From NCBI GenBank assembly GCA_037447605.1, contig CM074814.1, positions 930,001 to 994,000 of the forward strand: 64,000 nt of DNA. Reading direction: 5' to 3'. This stretch comes from Zygnema circumcarinatum SAG 698-1b (Eukaryota; Plantae; Zygnematophyceae). The notes beneath the pieces are model-generated. The model was not told where the DNA came from, ran no database searches, and saw nothing but the letters and a program-made list of their open reading frames with translations. Every line of letters starts with the position of its first letter. The first letter of the stretch is position 1. Both the position numbers and the translations under genes were made by a program. Below are positions 37,601 through 50,428 of this stretch, in pieces.

Positions 37601-38526
37601 CAGTATGCAACGAAACAAAACAAAACCAAATTAAACTTTAAAAAAACTGAAACAATCAGTGGGGGACGAGTGACCGAGGAGCAACGGCGAGGTGGTGTTT
37701 CGGATGGAGTTGAAGGTTATCTTTGGGCCGGACTTGTAGTAACTATGGAGGGGGGCTGCACGCTTTTCAACCCTAAAGTGTCCTTTACACCGCGATACAT
37801 TCATGGGGATACTCAAATGTCATCATGTGCCCAACCCGTATGGCTAAACCTCCATCATGGCCTTGAGGACCTTCGCCGGTTCCTCTGTGCAACGGAGGCA
37901 CAGGATTCAGATTTACCAGAGAAACCCTAAAATCCCAAAAATGAAGCATCTGCAAATTCTCACGCACATTTAGTTGCAACTAGTCGCTTCCTTTAAAATG
38001 AAGGGAAGCAGCATTGGCACTGCAGGGCCTAAATCGATGGCCTTGCGACATTCGTCTTCCTAGTCAACTTCTGTATACTTCACCACTTATTCGACTATCT
38101 TATCCGTCATATCAGGATCCAAACTTTCCAGCAGTCCCACCCATTCAAGCACTCTTAGTTTTTAGTTTTTCTTTACTATTCATATGTGAGTAGCGTACGT
38201 CATCATCTTCACGCATGAGAATTCTCGCTCCGCAACTAACAAGGATTCACATGAATGTTACTACTGCAACTTGCCATCCCATGAGAATGTTTAAACATAA
38301 GCATCCATGAAATCCCATAAACGACATGCCCTACTACACAGACCTGCACTCACCTCACTCACTCCCTTGCTTCCATGCAAAGAACGGCTTCTCACTTTAT
38401 TTTTTAAGAATGAATGAGGCCAAAATTGTGACAGCCAAGCCAAGCGCCGCCTACATAGAATATTCGCCTACAACTTCCTCACCTTCCCCCCACCCCCTTG
38501 CCCCCCCCCCCCCCCCTTGGAGCTGC

Positions 38527-41500
38527 TCATCCTCCCCCCTTAGCCGCCAAACTCCTTCTTTGGCTGTGCTCAGCCACCTTGTAATCCACCACTTGTGAGA
38601 AAAGCTCCGCCGTGAGAACGCTTTCCTTACTGCCATAAACCGCCGCTTGTACGCTCGCCATAAGCTTAGCAATTTCTCGCCCCGAAAAATCCTCCATAGC
38701 TCCGGCAGCCCCCTCCAAGACTTCCTCCGTAATGCCCCTAATCTCTATGCTTGCCTCCTGCTTCCTGCCTCCCCTCAGCAGCTGCTTCCACCACGTGGTT
38801 TCCCCCTGCCCTGCTTGAACTATGTACTTTTGAAGGTACAGTTTCAGCAATTCCAAGCGTTCGGCTTTTCCAGGCAGAGGAAACTCAAGGACTTCATCGA
38901 TCCGGTCAGTGACGGCTGCATCTAAATCGGAGGGACGGTTTGTGGCCAACACCAACACCACATCGCGGGACTGATCGCCTGTACGGAAGAGGAGAGCATT
39001 CAGAGCACTCCGTTGGGCTTCACTCATAGTGATTTTATTTCGCCTGCATCAGCCATCCCGCCAGAAATTCCACCCTTAGAGTATATCTGTACCAGATCGA
39101 GTTCTGTTTACTTCAAAGAAACAGAAAAGGAAGGCTAAGGGAGGTTTACACTGGTCAGCCCTTTTGGGGCGAAATAGCTTTATTTTAAAATTGTCTGTTG
39201 AAAAAGAGAGTTTTGAGTAACCCAACATCTAGCATGAAAATTACTCCACAATTTCTCCAGACAAGTGCTCTCACTCTGTCAGAAATGCGTCCGCTTCATC
39301 AATGAACAGAAGCAGCCCTTTTCTCGTTTTCCCCGCCCAATCAAAAAGTTGATGAATTTTTGTTACTGCCTGAGCGCCAAGTGGCGCCACGTCACCCCCT
39401 GTCATTAGCGCATATTCCAAGCCCTGCCCCCCTCCCCCCCACCTCAAAGAAACCACTCAGAATCAAACTTTATCTTCCAAAAAACCACCCTCCTGCTTTG
39501 CTTTGAATGGACTACCAACCGATTCATTCGCACAATTCTTTCGCCATGAACCAGCAGCGACTTATCATCATAACATCGTCCTTTGCCACGTAATGAAACC
39601 ACCCCCATGCAAATTCCTTGCAAGCAGCTTCAACACAAATAGCCCCTTATTTCCCCTCTCCCCTCTCCACTCACCGAATGCCTTGCAAGCTCCTTTGCAG
39701 CCATAGTTTTCCCTGTTCCAGGAGGGCCGTAAAACAGCATATTCCGAAAGGGGGCTCCATGCTTTTTGGTGTTCGCAGTTGCGGCTGCCAACTGAGAGAT
39801 CCGTGTGTTCAGTTTCGGGTGCAGGACCACCTCTCCCAGCCCCTTCCCCTTCCTCAAAAGGGCATTAGAGTTTTCAGCAGATGCTCCGTTTGCTGGGCTC
39901 TCTCCCCCTCCTGTGAACTTACTCCTCTGGAAAATTCGAGACCACGGATAAGAGCCCCTGGAAGACTCGCGAACTAAAGAGGGTTGCCCGAGAATTCGGT
40001 CCACATAGCCCCACACAACTTTCGCTCCCTCCCTGCACTCACCCATCTCTCACAGGATACTTCAATAAGCACACTATTACTAGGTTTTTGGCTTTATTTT
40101 CTTCAGTTTATACTCGTTTTCATAGCGATATTATGTTGTGAGTGGAAAGGGCGTGTGCGATGTTTGGTGGTTTGTGATCTCACACAGACAGTCTGCTGTA
40201 GGCTGATTCTGTCTGGTGAATGTTTTGTTTTTATTCATCATATAGTTTTGGTCTTTTGGAGATAAAAGTCAGAAGCTTTTCACCTTGTGGTGTACACTCC
40301 CGCTGCAAGAGCCGTCACCCCTCCCACTGCCACCACCAGCTTGTTCTGATCGGTCAGAAGTGCTCGCAAACCACCTGCAACAGAGTTCACAAGTTCACTT
40401 TCACATTAGAGCTCTGCCTCAACATGCCATAAACCTCCGCCTGTTTCCAGAAACCCATCAACTTGTTTCCCCAGTTGCACAGCAAAGGTGTAGCCTGTAC
40501 ACGATCAGATCATATTGAACAGCAAATTCCATGGAGGCTTGTATTCATACCCATCTACTTGCACATGCCTTCCAACAAGAGCTCGTTGTTTGAATGACCC
40601 CAAACAACAAACCACTAGAGGTTTCATCTAGAAGCCCATGTATACCATCCCTCCTCAGCAATCCCCTCTCCCAGCCCCCATACTAATGCAGCAGTATCTC
40701 CACCCTGCTTCACGGTCCCTTCCCCCCTCACCTCCGATATGACCAAACGTCGTATTGATCGCTGCCACCCATTTCTCCGTCTCCGCATTTGCTCTCTCCA
40801 GAAGCATCCTCCTGTTCACATCTTCACTCAGCTTCGCCTCGTGGGCGCGAGCTTCAGCCTCTGCCAGCGCCTTCACTCTCAGGGTCTCTCTCTCTATCTC
40901 CGCCCTCTCTACCTCCGTCTGCCGCTTCTGCTGTTGCACTAACTCCTCTGTTGTGCGCCGAATCTGCTCCTGCCGGACCTGCGACTCCTCCTGCATCTTC
41001 ACGAGCTCCGCATTTCGAGCCCTCTGAGCCTCATGCTCTGCCTGCCCCAAACACCCTCACGTATTAAAAACAGCAAATAAAGGGTCACAAGATCATGCAA
41101 GAGATTCCAGAATGCACAGTTCTACTTCCAACGCATAGCTTGCAGACATTTTTTAAGGAGTTAAAGACATGAAAGCATCACAGTTTGCAATTTACATGTT
41201 CCCATTCGAGAGGAGGGCCACACCTGCATGCGTTTCCTTGCAAGTTCATCCTCGTATCGCGCCAGTTGTGCTTTCACCTGGGCAGCCTGCTGCTGATTTT
41301 TCCGCTGCTCTTCATAAATCACCCTTTGCCTCTCCTGCACAACAACAAGTTACAAAGGTTCACAGTGAAATGGAGAGCAAAATAACTTAATATGCCTGGA
41401 ATGCCCGGATTCGACTGAAGGGCGAGAAAAGTTATCAAACAAGACAGTCAAAAAGCTTCTGTAGAACAAACAATAAACCAAAAAAAAACGATAATTTTTT

Positions 41501-42664
41501 TTTCCTCTTTCGAAGCAAAGCTGTTTTGGCTTGCTTACAAAGCAAAAAGCATGAAGCAGAAAGTGATGGCTGTACTGTTTCATGCTGTGCTTGCAGGGCT
41601 TGGAATTGGCTCGAGCGGGCCTTCTCCTCCGCCTGGCGGGTCTCCTCCTGCTTCTTCATCACCTCGAACACCTGCAGCCATTACAAAAGCATATAATTTA
41701 AACAATTAAGAGTAGCAACGAAAAAAATCTCAAATGGGTCTTCTCCATTTTCATAAATTTCCTCTGGGTCAGTTCTAAAACCAGAAAACGCACATGGGTC
41801 TGATGTAATTTTACAAAATACATAGGGGTCAACTCTAATTTCGTACGTGTTTGGATGCTGAATGAAGAGACGCTGCATGCATAAGCGCAATTCAGTTCAG
41901 AAAAAAAAATCAAGTTTCTCGGGATGGTAAGACTTAAGATTGTGAAAATGAAGGTCCACCAAAAGGAGGGATCTACGAACTACAGCGGATTCAAGTTATT
42001 GAATAGCACACATATTAAGGATAAACTTAAAATAGAAAGAAAAACTGGTAACTAGGTTAATTGTAGCTTCTCAGAGTGCTATACGATGCTTTGAGCACTG
42101 CCACAAGCTTAAACCCTCGTCGTGGAAACGCGGCTTTCAAACAGAATCAACTAAATTCAGAACCAGAAAAAAAATTAAGACCGCGGATTTAAATATCTTT
42201 GCCCTTCTCAGCCAAGTCCATCTTGAAAAGCAAACTCAGGAAAAATCTCAAAATATGCCCTGCGAAAATCCGAGCATCCGATCCCCTCCACCCCCTCCAC
42301 CTGCATCAGACGCTCCCATACCCTAAACAAATAACCCTAATCTCACCCGCTTTGCATGCGCCGATGAGTTTATCTCCCGAAGGGCGCGCGCTCCTCTCTC
42401 CAAAGCCTCCGGATCGAACCCTGCGGCTGTCGTCCGAGGATTGTCATTGCGAGAAGCTCCCTCCCTCTCTCTCTCTTTCTCTCTCTCCCTCTCCCTCTCC
42501 CTCTCCTTCTCCCTCTCCACTCCGCCTGCTGCCGCAGAACCATCCTCAGCCTTCTCCGCTGCGCGCGCCTGCGCGAGTCCGAAGCCGAGCAGAAGGGGCG
42601 ACGAGGCGAGGACGAGGGCGGCTGTCGCAGAATTCACCGCTTTGAAAGAAGAGCGCAGAGCCAT
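38527..42664 (-). CDS. ATAD3: ATPase family AAA domain-containing protein 3 (mitochondrial)
   Basis: Exons 42664-42347, 41671-41576, 41334-41224, 41041-40732, 40374-40284, 40032-39675, 39423-39275, 39043-38527. Motifs [21 protein letters not shown], Walker A GPPGTGKT, Walker [22 protein letters not shown]...DRID. Confidence 0.96.
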
Positions 42665-43618
42665 GGCGGGCGGCCCGAAGGCGGGAGGCTGCCCTCGCCG
42701 CTCTAGAGAGGGAGAGAGAGAGGGAGGGAGGGAGGGAGGGAGGAAGGGACAGCTCGCTGTTGCGGGGGTCGGTTGGGCTGTCGGTGGAGTTCGGGGTTCA
42801 GTGTGAACGAAGGGAAGGGTTGGCCTCGCCAAGAGGTGGGGTTGGAACCATGAGAGCTTGACATTGGGAAATTGGGGAAGTCGCGATGGGCACCGCCATG
42901 CGCTAGAGCATGTTGTTGTTGGAGCAAGATATTTGTGCATGAACAATTTAAAGAACCATCTTACAAAGTAAGATTTCTCGCGCATGGGTCTCACACTCAC
43001 AAATCGCGGACAGACGAGACTAGCAAAGGGTCTCATTCAGTTTGGGAGAAAACAGCGCATGGGCCGACATGGGCCGGATTGCAGTACCATGTCATGGAAT
43101 TTCAGAGCTGGTTTCATGAATGTTGTGACCATGACAGACCCCTTTTTTTCTTTTGTTTTTACCAAAAAAGGGGGAGAAATAAAACAACAAGTTGGGGGAG
43201 GGGGGGAAAAACTAAGCATGTCCTGAAATTTGCTTGGACTCTGCTGCTCCACTCTCTGCCCCTAATTTCCAAATGCTACTATTCACAGCGTGCTGCCGTT
43301 CCATGTGTCTCCATGTTCCGTTTCCCTGAACGCACACGAACAGCAGCAGACTTCACGCAGCCTTCCTTCCCTCTTTTCGCTGCACTTAAATCTCGAAATT
43401 TCTTGCCTGAATGCCCTCTCCCCCCCTCCAAAAAAATGCGCATTTTCTGCCTCACTTCGTTTCCTGAATCCTCTCCTGATTTCTAGAACCTGTCTCTTCC
43501 TAAGCCATCATCTCCTCCCATTCTTTCTTAACTTAAAAGTGACCTAAAGAGTAACAACATCACAATCCAATCGAATGAAAAGAGCATAAGGATGCAACCC
43601 TCTCCCCCCCCCTCCCCC

Positions 43619-46600
43619 CTACAAGAAGATGACTTCCAGCCTTGGGCAGGGAGTGGCCTCCGTATATCGCTGCAGCTGATCGTCCGTACGGAAGGCTCCA
43701 TGGCCCTGCAGGACCATGTCTTGGTTCGCAGAAACTGGATAGATTCGAAATGCTCGGAGGTACACTGCTCCTGAAAGGGACTCGGGGCGGTAATCTGCCC
43801 ATATGGGTTTGTGCCTCTTCGCTTTGAACAAGCGATATACCGACTTCACAAGAGTCATCACTGTGAGCTCAGAAGATCTGCAGAACACATGATATCAATC
43901 AACATCACAGAAGCATGGATGAAAAGCCTTAAAGGAAAGGGAAAAGTGTAGGCTTCTGCAGACTCAGCCCTTTGTAGGGTGAGTAGAGAGGTTTCTGGGA
44001 GACTGTTACCTCAAGAAGAGAGGGAGGAACTTGAACCGCCCTCTTTCTCTCACAAAAATATGGTACACAGTTTGGTTGCGCTCCTTCTCGAAGCATCGAC
44101 AAGGGCGGTGCTGCTGCGATTCCATGGCGCCTGCTATCTGCCAATCAGGCAGCAGCCCTCCCTCTCTCACATGCTCAGCATCACTCCATCGCCTCTCCCT
44201 TCCTGTTCTCATAGAAGCACTATCTGGCAGGAGATAGATTCATTGGAAGGATACTTAAGTTGAAGGTACTATAGGACTGTGAATAGGAGAGAAAAGGGAG
44301 GGTGGGGGGGCAAAAGCGGATATGGGTTTCTTCAACTTTAAAGAGAAACAAGTGTGCATTAGAACCCCAAAGAAAAAACGATCTCAAGATTGCCATTCTA
44401 TGAAGACAAACCACTCGCAAGCCTCCACAATACAGAAAAGATCGTGCGCATTTTTGCTTATACGGAGTGCGCAATCAGATTCTGAGTGATGCTGCTGCTG
44501 CTGCTCTCACTCTTGTTGCCACGTGTATGCAGAGCCTGCATTCACTCCGCACCACCGGCATGTCGAGGAGAGCGAGGAATGCATCCGCTGGCCAGTCATC
44601 CTTCCATCGCAACATTTCGGTGTATGCCTCCTCCACTCGGAGAAGGTAAGAGGCCCACTTCACGGTCTTCTTCACATCGTCCATTTTGGCCACCTGTCGG
44701 CGCAGAGAGAGGAAAAAGGTTCGCCGATTGGCTGAAGGTCTGAGCTTAAGGAGAGATTAAGGAGTTGGAGGTGTTGTGGGTAGGAAGGGTGAGGGGTACG
44801 TACCTTCAAGCAGGCGTTGTCCGCGGGGAGAAACTTGAGATTGTTGGCGAATGTGGAGACAATGATGGGAATTGTGCCTCCTGCCAATGACATCCAGTAA
44901 TCCGGTGACATGTAACCCTGCACCAGAAAATTGCCCATTGAATAAGAGAAAATAAGAGGAAAAGGCCTGGGGAGGGGTGGGAAGAGGGGGGGGGGGGAAA
45001 CCAGAAACCCATTTTTCTACATGAAATGTCCTGACGAAATCTTTGTCGACACAATACTCTCAATACTCTCTACTCTTATGTTTTCATCGACCCACTCGGC
45101 CATGTGATGTGTTGCTGCTCAAAGGAGCCCAATCAGATTAGCTGCATTCATTTTAGGCACATCCCTTGCCAGGTTGAGCCTTCCGCTCACCACTTCCGCA
45201 TAGTCCTCAAATATGAGCGCAAACTTATACCGCGCAATCATTTCTTGGGGCCTTGAAAGTGCGCTCCGGTTGTACAGACACTTCCCAAACACGTCCATCT
45301 TGAACCCTTCTTTCCAGAACTCTCGAATCACATTGTATCTATAAATGTCAACAGCCATCCACTCCCATCTAAATTTTATTAGTCTGCCGACATGCTTTTC
45401 AAAATAAAGCATCTCACACGGTAAGCTATTCAATTTTTTTTTGAGCGTTCAGTCCCTTCACTTCCACAATTTACAACTGCCCCCTTCCTGCATTCCCCTC
45501 TATCGATCTTTACCTCTGTTCAAGCACTTGGCATTTATCATTAACAAGTGCTACTGCAGAAGCTGGTGCCGTTTTGGCCCCAACAGGATTCATGAAGTGA
45601 TAATCGGTCCATGTCGGATGGCCTGCCCTCCCTCCGTTGAAACCACGAGTTGCAAGTTCTTGCTGTCAACATGGTTCACAGTAAACTAATCAACTCATTC
45701 TCTGAGGCTGCTGATATGTTGACAAGATCGCTTGCAGAATAAACAGGAAGAGTCTTGAACAGAGGGACTATTCAACGAAAGATAAACTCCCGTTGGGAGA
45801 CAAAGAGATGAAGGGAGAGCGAAGGGAGAGCGAAGGGAGAGCGGAGAGTGGAGGGGGAGAGAGAAGCTTCCTCTTGCAAGGAATGAGAGGCGCCCACCTA
45901 TGGGAATATCCGAGTCTAATCTTAACCCCATGGTCACAACTTTGGAGTTGTTTCCCTCAGGGAGAGCGTCCTCCGGGCTCTTTAAAGTCACGACTTCATA
46001 CAAGCATTTTGGGTCCTCCCCAGTCGTATCGGCGTCACAATTGCCGTCTGAAAAAATGCAAAATTTTAACACTTCATATCCTTTATGGATCAAAATGTAT
46101 CTCAGACGAGATCCTAACCTTGATGTTCACCAATTAGCTTTTGAATCAAGTTCTTTCCCGGCTTAGATGGGATAGATCGATCGCCTATTGTCCTTATGCT
46201 TTGCTTGATCCATGTAACTTTGAACCAAAATAGCCAACTACATGACTACACATTCAGTCGTCGTTTCACAAAACCAAGCTGAGGAAAAATCTAATCCCCC
46301 TTTTTCTTATTTACAAAAAGACCCACATTTCGCTCGCATCCTGAGCGAGCTCGTCCCAAGTCACTGAATTTATGGCAAGAAACTGCCTTAAAAAAAAAAA
46401 AAAAAAACTTCACAACAGCCTGATGACTGAATCATACTCTCACCTGCGACATGCTTCTCCCAAACGCATCCGACCCCGCATCCGCCATGCACTTTGTCAT
46501 TCCGTGACAAAACCCTAACGGGGAGTTCAGCAAAATTTCTCTCGTCCTTAACTTCGTCTTCCCTTGTCAGCCAGTCTTCACACGTGAGATCATCCACCGG

Positions 46601-46834
46601 CTCTCGCAGCTCCGATGTCCACATAGGCGTGAAGGCCTCGAACTCCCCCTTGCTCCGTTCTCGGGTCGGAGATTCCCCGTAGAAGAACAAGATATTAATT
46701 AAAACGAGCAATAGGAAAACACCCAAAAGACCGTTCTGCCCATATCGCAAGCATTGGAAGAGAATGTTCGGCCGCCTCTGCGGAAGGACCGGCCGCACTG
46801 TTCGGGAGGGCCGCCGCACCTTAAGCGGAAGCAT
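43619..46834 (-). CDS. Glycoprotein core alpha-1,3-fucosyltransferase-like (GT10, FUT11/12 architecture) with divergent donor-binding motif
   Basis: Exons 46834-46444, 46047-45898, 45622-45514, 45338-45191, 44917-44804, 44693-44511, 44137-44010, 43877-43619. N-terminal TM; CEDWLTREDEV, LRWK...FLALLDM...CRLCIHVATR, RPCRC...TVYHIFVRERGRF, PC.RLEVIFL* match plant FucT-A. Confidence 0.88.
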
Positions 46835-46868
46835 ATTCAGTAAATTTTAAATCCTAAGGCTTGGATGC

Positions 46869-46964
46869 AAACCCTAAGGCTGCAGATTTGAGGTGCTATA
46901 ACCTATCCTTACAAAACCAATTTCACGTGACAACAACGCAGAGCCCTTCTGACGTAAACCCTAA
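46869..46964. promoter_or_regulatory. Two telobox motifs (AAACCCTAA) just upstream of the GT10 start; another at 50442-50450 beside the cyclin start
   Basis: Exact motifs at 46869-46877 and 46956-46964; function inferred from land-plant teloboxes. Confidence 0.4.
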
Positions 46965-49271
46965 TCGGCGAAGCTCAACGAAAAGGAAATTAAAGCGAAG
47001 GCCATTGCTTCATTCTATATTTCCGCGTGGTCAGAAGCTTCCCCTTTTTTCTTCTTCGTCAGCTGCAGCGCAGCAGCCCCTCGGCGCTCTGTCAGCCATG
47101 GCGGGCCTTCAGGGAGGGAGGACAGCAGCTGCTCCCGCAGAGCGCGAGTGGGGTCCGTACATATCGTGTATCGTATCGTATCGTAAGCTTCCGTGTCGTA
47201 TCCAGTACGCGAGATACAATATCAATATATATATTTGGATATATTGTAGGTATTGTTATATCGAAGTAGATCGTCACGTATCGTATTGGGTAGATATCGG
47301 AAGACTGCGAGTGACTGCGGGGGGGCCGGCTAGAGCTGGGGGAGGGTGAGGTAGGGAGAGGGAGAAATGGAAGGGAGAGGACGAGGGAGATGGGAGTGGG
47401 AGGGTGGGGAGAGGGAGAGGGAGAGGGAGAGGGAGAGGGAGAGGGATGGGAGAAGTCGCGAGTGGAAGAGAATGGGAGAGGGAACTGAGAAAGGAGGCCA
47501 GACTGAAAGGGAGGGAGGCAGTGAGGTGTGAGTGAGAGTTAAAGTTATAGACTCGGAGGATAAGGGAAGGAGAGCCCCCATGGAGGGGGGCGATGCCGGC
47601 TCACAGGCCGCTGCTTGCTGGTTGATTGCTTGTGATTAGAGCACGGCCGTCTGGCTGGCTGGCAGGCTGCGAGTCTGCTGCCGTAGAGGGGCCGATTGGA
47701 GCTGGAAAAGAGAGGAGTAAGAGATTGCCAGTGCCAAAAGGCTTTTGGTAAGAAAGTAGGGAGCAATCCCTTCCCGGTTCCTATTTTCTCCCCTGCTCTC
47801 TTCTTCTCTCTGTCTCTCGCTCTCTCTCTCTCTCTCTCCTCTTTCTCTCTCTCTCCAAATCACAAGCTGAGCCTCTTGATTGATATTCCTGCAGCATATC
47901 GGGACCTGACAGCTTCGTGTCGGGCGAGTGTTCATTTCTCGGGGAATCAACTTATTAACGTGCTTCCAGAATTGTCTCACTTGACCATCGAAAGCACAAA
48001 AAGATTTGAAAAATAATCTTCTATGATTTCATCTTAAGGTTGGACGGACTTTACAGGACTTCGGGACATGCAAAAGTAAGACAGTCCCAGAAAAAGGGAG
48101 GCACAAAAAGCATATTATACCACATAGCACCCAGTACAAGAAACAACAAAAAAATAAGTGGCCTGCCTCCTTTATTCAATTACATTATTCCTTTGTAGCG
48201 CCACAGTAATCGCTGCTGTGTGCCCGCACTCCTCCTGACAGTGCCCCTATCGACACCAGAAGGTGCAAATATTGTGTACAAAGAGAATTCGGTCTACAGT
48301 TGACCTTCTCCCGCACCTCCTTTCTCTACGCCGAGGTGCTTCACCCGGTGATTTATTCCAGCTGGAATTCAGCCTTTATTTCTTGATCAGTGGCTGCATG
48401 CAGCCTTCACCCAGAACTTTCAGGATGCTTTCGAAAAAGTTGCTTCTTGCTGCTGCTGCTTTCGTAACATTGCTTGGACTCTACAAAGAGCTGCACATCA
48501 GATGTACAAATGTTGACTGAAGGTGTTCCGCCTCCACTGACAGTGAGCGCCTCCCTACAACGCTGACACTGCCGAACTTTGACGTCACGAAGGAAACTTC
48601 ACTTGAGTCGATTCCTGCACAAGAAAAAAAGCATATCGACCCATCAGGATACTTTTCAATTATTGAAATGAACTTCAGAAAAACTGAAAGAAATAATAAA
48701 CGGTGAAAGATTCAAACATTGAACAACGATATTTTCCCGCATCGGCGTCAACAGAAAGAGATAACTGCACTACAATGATCTGCATCATTGCTCCTTGTAT
48801 CACTGCGCGTTGTGGACTCAAAATACAGCTTGTACTTTGAAAATTTGTTGGAGGCTCTGCTTGGCCTTTCAAAACTGGTTTCAATAAACCGTTCCCAACT
48901 ACTATCGACTGTTTTTTTACTCGAGTAGCTACAGTGAGGCGGAGCTTATTGCGTTCAGTAGCTTGCTGCTATAGGAGGAGGAAGAGGAGGAGGAGGAGAA
49001 GGAGGAGGAGGAGTAGGAGGAGGAGGAGGAGGCAGAAGCAGAAGAAGACGAAGGTATGTCCTCTGTCTCAGAAAGTTATTTACAACTTCCTGGCAAGCCC
49101 CTCCAAGGTAAACTCGAAAATTAACCTACAATGCGGTGCAAGCGGTCTAAGTAGATTCGAGATTAATATGGAATTTCATTACTCCGAAACTAACGTCTGC
49201 CTTTTCAAAAAACGAAAAAACTGTAGTGCAGTCACCTCTCCTGCGAAGCTTCGCATTCCTTCTGATGAACT

Positions 49272-50428
49272 TCACTCGCAGAAATAATCCCGTCTAGCAT
49301 ATGGTTCCACTTGGCGAGGAGGTGTTTGCACCTCGCAGTCCATCATCATCATGTCCGATGAGGTCTCTGCTGACAGCGGGCCGGAAGATGGGAAGAAGCC
49401 CGCAGAAGGAGGAGGAGGAGGAGGAGGAGGAGGAGGAGGAGGGTCAGAAATGGTTGCAGCTGCAGCTCCGCCTTGGTCCCTTAAAGACGAGCGGTAGACA
49501 AGCGCAGGCATTTCTGAATGTCCGGAGGAGTCTCCACAATTTGAGGAAGAGTGTAAGGACGAGGAGGCCAGTTCTGAAGTGGAAGTGGAAGGGGCATGGT
49601 CGCCTAAGTGGAGTTTGAGGGGTCGGAGTTGAACAAAGGGGGTTTGCATTTGCCAAATGGTTAGTTCTCGCTCAAAAAGTTTGCAGTAATGCTCGAACAG
49701 AGCGTGGTTGACATTCAAATGGAAGTCGATTCGGAAGAGGAACTCCAGCTCAAGACAGTTCATCTCGGAGGTCGAGATTCCCGCCACTTTTGCGTAATAC
49801 GCATTATTAAAGTACCTGCACAAGTGATTTGAAAGCAAGAGTTAGATAAAGATCTCATATCCGCTCAAACAAATCGCCCCAAAAGATGCCCTGCTACGAA
49901 TGTAGCAATGAAAACAGAGAAGTAGATGCCTATGCAAAGGCGATAACAAAAAACCCAGTTTCCAGTTTTTACTTGTTAGTTTTCAGTTTTTGGGGCTTAC
50001 GCGTCATCTAGGAACTTGGCGGCGAGCATGATGCTGGTCACTAAGAGCCGATGCACGCTTAGGGAAGTCACCGGGAGGTCTCGGTTCTGCTGAATTATTC
50101 GGTCCAAGTAAATATACCCCACAATAAAGCATGCGGGGCTGCAATTTGCGTACTTATATATGCGCTCTAAGTATCTGGGTATACTGATTCCCGGAGGTTT
50201 CAAGCCGTGAAAAATAGTTAGGGGCCTTTCACTACTCTGAGCTTCAAGGAGAGAGGGAGCGGCAAACTGGTCGTTCACTGCAGCCACTCTCTGCAGGAGG
50301 GAGGAGAGAATGAGGAGGACGGGAGGGTAATGGGAGAGAGGCTCCGCGCCGTCTATTTGGAGCACGGAGTAGAGAAGTCTGTGGGAGGACGGGGAGAGGC
50401 CTTCGCTTGAAGCGACTGATAGTTCCAT
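49272..50428 (-). CDS. CYCU: P-type (U-type, PHO80-like) cyclin
   Basis: Exons 50428-50001 and 49815-49272: [38 protein letters not shown]...[46 protein letters not shown]. Confidence 0.93.

Noticed and set aside
34900-37640. ORFs of 60-180 aa and an AT-rich patch near 37280-37380
   Set aside because: No recognisable domain, splice chain, TIR pair or TSD.
48263-49060. Short ORFs and a (GAG)n run downstream of the cyclin
   Set aside because: Likely 3' UTR or intergenic; the poly-Arg/Glu translation is a repeat artefact.
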